From an uncultured Gemmatimonadales bacterium (GTDB taxonomy: Bacteria > Gemmatimonadota > Gemmatimonadetes > Longimicrobiales > Gaopeijiaceae), in contig CAWGKG010000012.1 of assembly GCA_963823035.1 (NCBI GenBank), positions 128,001-192,000 of the forward strand: a DNA stretch of 64,000 nt, read 5' to 3'. Shown here piece after piece: positions 56,687 to 64,000 of the stretch; within the stretch, counting starts at the first letter, position 1; each line of letters begins with the position of its first letter. The translations under genes and the position numbers were made by a program. The notes under the pieces were generated by a model that searched no databases, was not told where the DNA came from, and saw only the letters and a list, made by a program, of their open reading frames with translations.

Positions 56687-57999
56687 TCATATCCCACGCG
56701 CGCACAGGCGCGGCCCAGCTTCTCCAGACCCTCGCCGATCTCGTCCTCGGTGACGAGGAGCGACGGCCCGATCCGCACGCAGTGCCCCCACATCCCGCCC
56801 TGGCCCAGCAGAACGCCTTCCTCGCGGCATGCCTCGAGCAGCGCACCGGTGCGCTTCGCGTCGGGTTTCTTGCCCGCGGGATCCTCGACGATCTCCATCG
56901 CCTGCATCAGCCCCATGCCGCGCACGTCGCCGATCCACGGGTGCCGGCGCTGCAGCGCGAGGAGGCCGTCGCGGAGCTGGATGCCCCGCTCCTCCGCTCG
57001 CGCGTACACCCGCTCCTCCTTCATCACCTCGAGCGTGGCGCACATGGCGGCCATGCAGATCGGGTTGCCGCCGAACGTCGAGATCGTCTTCCCGCGCCAG
57101 GATGCGGCGATCTCATCCGTGGTGATCGTGGCACCGACCGGGAAGCCGCCGGCGATCCCCTTGGCCATCACCATGATGTCGGGCAGCACCCCGAAGTGCT
57201 CGATGCCGAACCAGTGGCGCCCGGTGCGGCCGAAGCCGGCCTGCACCTCGTCGATGACGAGGAGGCCACCGTACGAGCGGATGATTTCGGCCGCCCGTTC
57301 GAAGTAGCCCGGCGGTGGCACCACGTAGCCACCGACCCCCTGGATGGTCTCCGCGATGAACGCCGCGGGCTGCCCGTTGGTGGAGGTGAGGATCACCTCC
57401 TCCAGGTCGCGGGCGAAGGCCTCCGCGCACGACTCGTCGCACGGCTGCTTGAACGGACACCGGTAGGCATACGGAGACATGGCGTGGTGGATGCCGGCCA
57501 CCCGGGTCGCCAACGGCCGCCAGGCCGAGTGCGCGGTGACGTTGGTCGCCATGAACGACCGCCCGTGGTAACCCATGCGCAGCGCGATGATCTCGCTCCG
57601 CCCCGTGTGCAGGCACGCCATCATCAGGGCCGTCTCGATGGCCTCCGTGCCCGAGTTCGTGAAGAAGGTGCGCGTGAGGTTGCCCGGGGCCACCTCCGCC
57701 AAGCGGCGCGCGGCCTCGACCTGCACGTCGGTGGCGTAGAGCGTGGACACGTGCCCCAGCCGACCCATCTGCTCGGTCACACGCTCGATGATGCGTGGGT
57801 GGGCGTGACCGAGCGACGTGGTCAGGATGCCGCTGAAGAGGTCGAGGTACTCGTTGCCGTCAGCGTCCCGCACACGCGCGCCCTTCCCCTCCACGAGAGG
57901 AAGGGGCTCGGCGTACATGTGGAGCAGGGCCGGCAGCAGATACTCACGCTGCCCGGCTACGATGTCGGCGTTGGTCGCGGATGCGCTCGCGGTGCTCAT
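56687..57999 (-). CDS. Class III PLP-dependent aminotransferase (AGXT2/ArgD-like); 3' end uncertain
   Basis: YLDLFSG, FTNSGTEA, YHG, ETIQGVGG, IDEVQAGFGRTG, MAKGIAGG, TFGGNP, VRGMGLM. Homology ends at ARVG next to off-frame TGA/TAG; the called ORF runs to 56572. Confidence 0.92.
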
Positions 58000-58154
58000 G
58001 CTCACCACCTGGAGAGGACGACGGCTGCGTCGGCGTTGAAAGCGCCTGCGGCGCGGCACGAGGCCGCCCGATCGACGTCCCAACCTCCGGGCCGGGGGGC
58101 CGGTCGGCAAGGAGGATCGTCCCGAAGGACCGCGTCCGAAGGCCGGTCCTTCCC

Positions 58155-59116
58155 TCAGATCCGGCTGGCTCCCGCGCTTCGACTCGGCCGCCATCCGGTC
58201 CAGCGCACGGTGCAGCCGGTCGGTGAAGTCCGGTCCCTGGTGCCTCAGGCCGTCCCCCGTGCGGAGCCTCTGCCGCCAGAAGTCCATGGCCTCGCGGACG
58301 TGGATCGGGCCGGGCGCCTCGTCCAGGAGCGCCGACACCGAGGCGCGATAGAACACCTCGTCGGCGCCCGGCGGACCCCACCCGGCCCTCTCCCAGTCGA
58401 GGACGATCAGGTCCCCGTTCGGAAGCTCTCGCACCGTCCAGGGCGCCAGCTCTCCGTGCATGGGATGCCAGTGGTTGGGCATGGACGTGGGGCGGGGCAG
58501 CGTCGACAGCCCGATGTTGATCTCGCCGACGATGCGACCGAGCGGCGGCGCGGAGGCCATGCGGTGGATCTTCGGCGGCAGGGGCCGCATGAGCAGGAAC
58601 CTCCAGCCGCTCACCTCACCGCTCGCGACGATCTTCGGGATGGTGAAGCCGTGCGGCCTCGACCGCGTCAGGAGCTGCACCGCGAGCTCCTCGCGCTCCA
58701 GCCCGGCCGTGCCGCTGGGCGCGACCTTCACCATCGCGCCGGGCTCGCCGTCGTGGATGAGGAGCAGGCGAAGCTCCGCGCTGGTCCCCGGCGCGGTAGG
58801 ACACCGCCACCGAGTCGAAGGCGCCGATCTCCCAGCGCCACTGGCGCGTCAGTGCCTTCCACACCGCGTCGTCCATCGGGGGTGTCCACGGCGCCGACCG
58901 CCCCGGCAGCGCCCTCGGGCCCAGGAGGGCGGTCGCCCGCCACGCCATCTTCTGCGCGCGGGCCGCATCCGGCCGACAGGCAGGGTACATGGCGATGCCC
59001 GCGAGCGCCGCCTTCCTGGACGACGTGGGGACGTGGATCTGCTCGGCCCCAGGCGCGAAGCGCTTGAAGCTGCTCTCGAGAACGCGTCCGTTCGCGAGTG
59101 ATTCGTCTGTGGTCAC
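58155..59116 (-). CDS. Aminoglycoside-phosphotransferase-like (APH fold) protein, frameshifted near 58780 and probably near its stop
   Basis: MVKV...ERE, PMHGELAPWT (Brenner-motif position), VLDWE, G...AD. Confidence 0.65.
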
Positions 59117-59222
59117 GGATCCTGTGGCCGCTGGTCTCGTGCGTACGTGTACCCTTGTCGCTGCAAAAAGCGTTCCGATCGGCCCTGTCCGCCGGTCTCC
59201 GGACTCGCGGTCCCGTTGAAAC

Positions 59223-59681
59223 TCAGAAGCCGCCCATCTTCTTGATCTTCCGGAACTCCTCGGCGCGCACCGACTGCACCGAGAGCCGCCCGTAGCGGAC
59301 GAGCTCCATATCCTCGAGCGCCGCCTCGGCCTTCACGTCGTCCAGCCCGACCGGCTTGGGCAGCTTGGCGACGAAGGCGATGTCCACCAGCGACCAGCGC
59401 GGATCGTCGGGCTTCGACTTCGCGTCGTGGTAGTGGCTCTTGCGGTCGAACTGCGTCGGGTCCGGATAGGCTTCGCGGTCCACGCGGGCGATGCCCACGA
59501 TCGACGGCGGCTTCGCGTTGCTGTGGTAGTACAGCACCTCGTCGCCCACCTTCATGTCCCGCATATTGTTGCGGGCCCTGTAGTTACGGACGCCCTCCCA
59601 CATCGTGGACCCGTCGCGCTCGAGGTCGTCGATGGAGTACACCTCGGGCTCCGACTTCACGAGCCAATACCGCTTCGCCAT
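59223..59681 (-). CDS. EVE domain-containing protein
   Basis: YWLVKSEP, WEGVRNYRARN, YHS, AYPDPTQFD, GRLSVQ. Confidence 0.95.
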   Translation of the reverse strand: MAKRYWLVKSEPEVYSIDDLERDGSTMWEGVRNYRARNNMRDMKVGDEVLYYHSNAKPPSIVGIARVDREAYPDPTQFDRKSHYHDAKSKPDDPRWSLVDIAFVAKLPKPVGLDDVKAEAALEDMELVRYGRLSVQSVRAEEFRKIKKMGGF

Positions 59682-59746
59682 ACCGTTGTCTCCCTGCCGG
59701 TCGATGCTCTCCGGACGACCGCCCCGGGCCACCCCCGACTCGGACT

Positions 59747-61165
59747 CTAGGCCGCAGCCGTGCCGATGTCGACCTTGATCCCCCGCCACTTCTCCTGGCG
59801 GAAGCGGGCGATGCTCAGCACGCAGCGCGTCGCATGGCCCAGGACGATGGCGAGCCAGATGTCGTTGGCGTGCAGTCCCCTCGTGGCCTGTAGCACCGCG
59901 CACATCCCCAGCGGCACCACGATCTGGGAGATGATCGAGATGTAGAGCGGGCCCTTGGTGTCGCCCGTGCCCTGCAGCCCGCCGGTGTACGCGAGGGCCA
60001 CCGTGATGAAGAGGCCGGACACGCTCAGATAGCGGAGAAGCTGCACGCCGAGGCGCAGCAGCTCGGGTGTCTCCATGCCGAAGACCGACAGGAGGCCTTC
60101 CGGGATGAGTACGAAGAGCAGGCCGATGATGACGGCCACGGAGAGGCCGATGCCGGAGGCGACGTGGACTGCGTGGACCGAGCGTTCGGGCTTCTGGGCA
60201 CCCAGGTTCTGCCCGGCGATGGCGGCGGTGGCGCCCATGATCCCCACCGACGTCCACGTGATGAAGCTGAAGAGCTGGGTGTAGCTCACCGCGTAGACCG
60301 CCTGCGCCTCCGCGCTCTCGGGAAGGGAGCCGACGAAGCGGAGGAGGAAGACGCCGCCCAGGTTCATCGCCACGCCCTGGATGCCGGTGGGCAGCCCGAA
60401 GCGGAACAGCTCGCGGATGATGACCAGGTCGGGCCGCCACGTCTTGAGCCCCCTGAACGCCACCACCGCCCGCCCCGAGAGGAGGAGGCCGAGGACGATG
60501 ACGCTGACCACGCCCCCAGCGATCACCGTGCCCATCGCGGCGCCGGTGGTGCCGAACGCGGGGATGGGGCCCAGCCCGCGGATGAAGATGACGTTCAGGA
60601 CGATGTTCAGGACCGTCAGCACGACCCCGAGGCGCAGCGGCGTCTGGGCGTCGCCGGCCGAGCGGAACGCGCCGCCGGTCATGAAGAACATCATCATGCC
60701 GAAGCTGAACACGAACATCGTGCGCAGGTACGGGAGCGCTTCCGCCTGCACCTCCGGCGCGGCGTTCACCAGGTTCAGGAGCTTGGGCGAGAGGAAGTAG
60801 CCCAGCGGCGCCATGAGCCCGACGGAAAGCACGGCGGCCGTGAGGAACGCCTGGTAGACGGTCCGGTTGACCTTCTCCGGATCGTTCTGGCCCGTGAAGC
60901 GCGCCACCAGCACGCCCATCCCCGTGAAGACCGAGGAGATGAAGACGATCACGACCAGGAAGATCTGCCACGAGACGCCGATGGCAGCGTTGCCCGTGTA
61001 GCCCACGTAGTGGCCGACCATGACGTGGTCGATCACGCCTTGAAGGCCGCCGATCACGTTCTGGAGCATCGTCGGCCAGGCCAGGCGCCATACGGCCCCA
61101 GGAAGGGGGCCTTCGACGATGCGCCGGTCGAAGGACCGGGGCTTGCGGACGGAGGTCGTGGCCAA
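59747..61165 (-). CDS. MATE family efflux transporter
   Basis: LAWPTML, ID..MVG, GDAQTPL, NIVLN...GAA, GQNLGA, GDTKGPL; start uncertain (TTG 61165 or ATG 61261). Confidence 0.92.
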   Translation of the reverse strand: MATTSVRKPRSFDRRIVEGPLPGAVWRLAWPTMLQNVIGGLQGVIDHVMVGHYVGYTGNAAIGVSWQIFLVVIVFISSVFTGMGVLVARFTGQNDPEKVNRTVYQAFLTAAVLSVGLMAPLGYFLSPKLLNLVNAAPEVQAEALPYLRTMFVFSFGMMMFFMTGGAFRSAGDAQTPLRLGVVLTVLNIVLNVIFIRGLGPIPAFGTTGAAMGTVIAGGVVSVIVLGLLLSGRAVVAFRGLKTWRPDLVIIRELFRFGLPTGIQGVAMNLGGVFLLRFVGSLPESAEAQAVYAVSYTQLFSFITWTSVGIMGATAAIAGQNLGAQKPERSVHAVHVASGIGLSVAVIIGLLFVLIPEGLLSVFGMETPELLRLGVQLLRYLSVSGLFITVALAYTGGLQGTGDTKGPLYISIISQIVVPLGMCAVLQATRGLHANDIWLAIVLGHATRCVLSIARFRQEKWRGIKVDIGTAAA

Positions 61166-61272
61166 GGTGCAGGAGTCGGGAGGGTCGCTTTTCGAGAACC
61201 GCAAGATGTCTGACGAAGCCGGATCGCGCCATCTCGATGGACGGAGCCCGCGACCGACCATAAGCTCACCCC

Positions 61273-62709
61273 ATGCGTACGATTCGAGTGAGCTTCCTTT
61301 TCGCCTTCACGGCCGGCGCCGCGCTGTGGGCGTTGCCGGCCCGGGCGCAGCGGCCGACGCTGTCGGCCAACGTCCGGCAGTACGTCGCCGTCGACGACGA
61401 CGTGATCGCGCTCACGCACGCCCGCGTCATCGACGGCACCGGAGCGCCCGCGCTGCGGGACCGGACGCTGATCCTGCGCGGAGGCGACATCGCCGCCCTC
61501 GGTCCCTCTTCGGATGTACAGGTTCCGGCCGGCGCCCGGATCATCGACCTGACGGGGAAGTCCGTGATCCCCGGTCTGGTCATGCTGCACGAGCACCTCT
61601 ATTACCCGACCGGCCCCGGGGTCTATGGCAACCTGACGGAGAGCTTCACGCGCCTGTATCTCGCCGGAGGCGTCACCTCCATGCGCACCGGCGGCAACAT
61701 GAACGGGTACGGCGAGCTGGCCATCGCGCGGGCCATCCGGGACGGCGAGAAGCCCGGCCCCTGGATCGATGCCACGGCGCCCTACCTCGAGGGGCCGGGC
61801 CTGCCGCTGGGCCAGGTGCACGCCCTCGCCGGCGTGGACGACGCGCGCCGCATGGTCGACTTCTGGGCCGACGCGGGGGCGACCTCGTTCAAAGCGTACA
61901 TGCACATCACGCGCGCCGAGCTCGGCGCCGCCGTCGAGCGGGCGCACGCGCGCGGCCTCGAGGTCACGGGCCACCTCTGCTCCGTGACGTACCGCGAGGC
62001 CGCCGAGTTGGGCATCGACGACCTGGAGCACGGCTTCTTCGTCGCCACCGACTTCGTGCCGGGAAAGGAGCCGGACGTCTGTCCCGGCCAGGGCGAGGGG
62101 ATGGCCGCGCTGGCCCAGGTCGACCCGGCCGGCGCGGAGTTCGGCGCGCTCGTCGACTTCCTGGTCGAGCGGAACGTCGCGGTGACGTCGACGCTCACCG
62201 TGTTCGAGACGTTCGCGCCCGGGCGGTCGATGCCTCCGGGCATCGACGTGCTCGACCCGGCGCTGAGGGATCAGTTCGAACGGCGCTTCGCGCAGACCCG
62301 GAAGAACACGGACTCGCCGTATGCGAAGCTCCTCCCGCTCGACATGGCGATGGAGCTGCGCTTCGCGCGCGCCGGCGGGCTGCTGGTCGCCGGGACGGAC
62401 CCGACGGGCGGGGGCGGGGTGATCGCCGGCTACTCCGACCAGCGTCAGGTCGAGCTGCTCGTCGAGGCGGGCTTCTCACCCGAGGAGGCGATCGAGATCT
62501 GCACGCTGAACGGGGCGCGCTATCTCGGCCGCGCGGACCGCGTCGGCTCGCTCGAGGTGGGCAAGCAGGCCGATCTCGTCGTGGTCGGCGGCGACCCGAC
62601 GATGCGGATCTCCGACATCCGCAACGTGGAGATGGTCTTCCGCCAGGGCGTGGGCTACGACCCGGCCAAGCTGATCGCCTCGGTGAAGGGGCGCGTCGGG
62701 CTCTTCTGA
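61273..62709 (+). CDS. Amidohydrolase family protein (secreted)
   Basis: Signal peptide, DLTGKSVIPGL.MLHEH, LAGGVT, FKAY, GH, LEHG, AGTD, GSLEVGKQADL. Confidence 0.93.
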   Translation: MRTIRVSFLFAFTAGAALWALPARAQRPTLSANVRQYVAVDDDVIALTHARVIDGTGAPALRDRTLILRGGDIAALGPSSDVQVPAGARIIDLTGKSVIPGLVMLHEHLYYPTGPGVYGNLTESFTRLYLAGGVTSMRTGGNMNGYGELAIARAIRDGEKPGPWIDATAPYLEGPGLPLGQVHALAGVDDARRMVDFWADAGATSFKAYMHITRAELGAAVERAHARGLEVTGHLCSVTYREAAELGIDDLEHGFFVATDFVPGKEPDVCPGQGEGMAALAQVDPAGAEFGALVDFLVERNVAVTSTLTVFETFAPGRSMPPGIDVLDPALRDQFERRFAQTRKNTDSPYAKLLPLDMAMELRFARAGGLLVAGTDPTGGGGVIAGYSDQRQVELLVEAGFSPEEAIEICTLNGARYLGRADRVGSLEVGKQADLVVVGGDPTMRISDIRNVEMVFRQGVGYDPAKLIASVKGRVGLF

Positions 62710-62739
62710 GGTCGGGCCGGCGCCCGCCTACGTTGTTCT

Positions 62740-62806
62740 CTCTGCGTCCTCTGCGGCCTCTGTGGTGAAAAGCGGTTCAACCACAGAGGCCGCAGAGGAC
62801 GCAGAG
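62740..62806. repeat. REP-like perfect palindrome between convergent genes
   Basis: CTCTGCGTCCTCTGCGGCCTCTGTGGT-13 nt-ACCACAGAGGCCGCAGAGGACGCAGAG, 27-bp perfect arms with internal 9-bp periodicity. Confidence 0.85.
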
Positions 62807-62854
62807 TCTTTTCAGGGGGGTGGGCGCCGGCCCTCGCCCGGCTCGCGCGCCCCT

Positions 62855-64000
62855 TCACCACACCAGGTGGAAGCGGTCCTGCCGACGGAACGCCCAGTGC
62901 CGCTCGCCGCTCCCGTCGAGGTAGGCCTCCTCCTCCTGGCGGCACGACGCGGTCGCTCCGCCCCACTCCGGGATGGGCACCGTCGCCTGCAGCTCGATGC
63001 TGAACCAGGTGGAGGGGCGGATCTTGGCGTCTCCGCGGCCGGGCACGCCCTCCTGCCGGTCCCACAGCCCGATGAGGGGCCCGGCGCCGTGGCCGTGGTC
63101 GCCGATCGGGTGGGAGTAGAGCGACCCGGTGATGCCCTCCTGCTTCATCCTTCCCAGCACGGCCGCGAGCGCCTCGTTCCCCGTGCGGCCCGGCGTCATC
63201 GCCTCGAGCGTGAGGTCCTGCATGCGGTTGCTCTTGGCCAGGCACGCCTTCAGCCCGGGCGGCGCGTCGGTCTCACCGTCCTTCAGCACGTAGCCAAGGT
63301 GCTGCGTGTCGGTCTTGAGGCGCTCACCGACCACGCCGAAGTCGGTCCACAGGAGGTCGCCCCGCCGGATGATCGCGTCGGGCCCCTCGTGCTCGCCGTC
63401 GGCCCGCTGCACGGCCACCGAGGGCTGGAACCACTGTCCGTAGCCGAGGTCGTTCACCTTCTGGCGCAACCACCACACCACGTCCTCCGTGGTCGTCTCG
63501 CCCGGCGTGATCACCGAGTTCGAGAACGCCTCGGAGATGAGCGCATGGACGGTCTCCTCGATCTTCCGGTACCGGGGCATCATCTCCGGCACGCGCACCG
63601 AGATGTAGTCGGTGGCGAGCTGCGGGATGCGCTTCACCCGCTTCAGGTACTCGGGACCGAGCGCCTTCTCCAGCGCCTCGCGCTCCCCGGCTCCGAGGCC
63701 GTCCGCGAACGCCCAGGTGTCGTCGATGTTCAGGACGATGTTCGCCGGATCCCGGTCCGCCACGATCTCGTGCAGGAGGCGCCACTGCTCGTCTCCCCAC
63801 AGCTCCGCCTCCTTTCCCGTCACGGTGGGATGCGGGGAGCGGTAGATCTGGAAGAGCCCGCCCTGGTCGCCGCCTCCGAGCGCGAGCCGCTCCACCGACC
63901 CGTCGGGCTCGCGCGTGAAGACGTAGATGGAGCGACGCCGCGCCGCGAAGGTGGTCGGTGAGATCATCGACCAGAACACGGGGTCCTCGCCGTACTCGCG
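62855..64000 (-). CDS. M24 family metallopeptidase (Xaa-Pro aminopeptidase-like), 5' end outside the window
   Basis: GDLLWTDFG, TDTQH, YSHPIG.HGHG, SIEL, QEE. Confidence 0.88.
   Translation of the reverse strand, partial: REYGEDPVFWSMISPTTFAARRRSIYVFTREPDGSVERLALGGGDQGGLFQIYRSPHPTVTGKEAELWGDEQWRLLHEIVADRDPANIVLNIDDTWAFADGLGAGEREALEKALGPEYLKRVKRIPQLATDYISVRVPEMMPRYRKIEETVHALISEAFSNSVITPGETTTEDVVWWLRQKVNDLGYGQWFQPSVAVQRADGEHEGPDAIIRRGDLLWTDFGVVGERLKTDTQHLGYVLKDGETDAPPGLKACLAKSNRMQDLTLEAMTPGRTGNEALAAVLGRMKQEGITGSLYSHPIGDHGHGAGPLIGLWDRQEGVPGRGDAKIRPSTWFSIELQATVPIPEWGGATASCRQEEEAYLDGSGERHWAFRRQDRFHLVW

Noticed and set aside
56572..58734. 720-aa ORF that looks like a phosphotransferase-aminotransferase fusion
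   Set aside because: The linker is Arg/Pro-rich and non-coding-like. An off-frame TGA (58155-58157) is immediately followed on the minus strand by a 9-bp hairpin (58124-58152), and the aminotransferase has its own RBS and ATG at 57999. Most likely two genes joined by an indel error.
1..64000. CRISPR arrays, tRNA/rRNA genes, integrases, transposases, prophage genes
   Set aside because: No regularly spaced repeats, recognisable structural RNA genes or such protein motifs seen by inspection.

Overview
High-GC bacterial window with no rRNA, tRNA or CRISPR array seen. From about 4.16 kb onward it reads as one coherent chromosome segment. Its gene content (PadR + ADOP-type duplicated permeases, DUF2723 glycosyltransferase, DUF5117/DUF4953 metalloprotease, style of the SbcC hook region) suggests Gemmatimonadota; this is an inference. 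The first ~4.15 kb is a patchwork of truncated, heavily frameshifted genes and looks like an assembly or read chimera. Isolated single-base frameshifts elsewhere (~8040, ~22257, ~31530, ~56690, ~58157, ~58780) suggest residual long-read errors. Most genes are housekeeping or accessory: bcp, E1-alpha, ECF sigma, PspA-like, M20 peptidase, trpE, hydantoinase A, two ornithine cyclodeaminase-family genes, a Btu/Fec ABC importer, rsgA, a sigma70, PP2C, an HD hydrolase, a Cho-like nuclease, an Ntn acylase, an MHYT-PAS kinase with REC-HDOD, PhoX, PutP, a class III aminotransferase, EVE, MATE, an amidohydrolase and an M24 peptidase. The most unusual element is an 833-aa single-chain SbcD(Mre11)-SbcC(Rad50) fusion. 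Its nuclease motifs III and V and all recognisable ABC-ATPase motifs are substituted, while the CxxC zinc hook and a very short coiled coil are kept. It is translationally coupled to a flavin reductase and a degenerate-looking membrane spermidine-synthase-like gene. Other leads: a His-less pseudo-histidine kinase, a candidate switchable RNA leader, repeated ECF-type promoter motifs, PadR operators, a 183-bp MITE and a 27-bp perfect REP-like palindrome.
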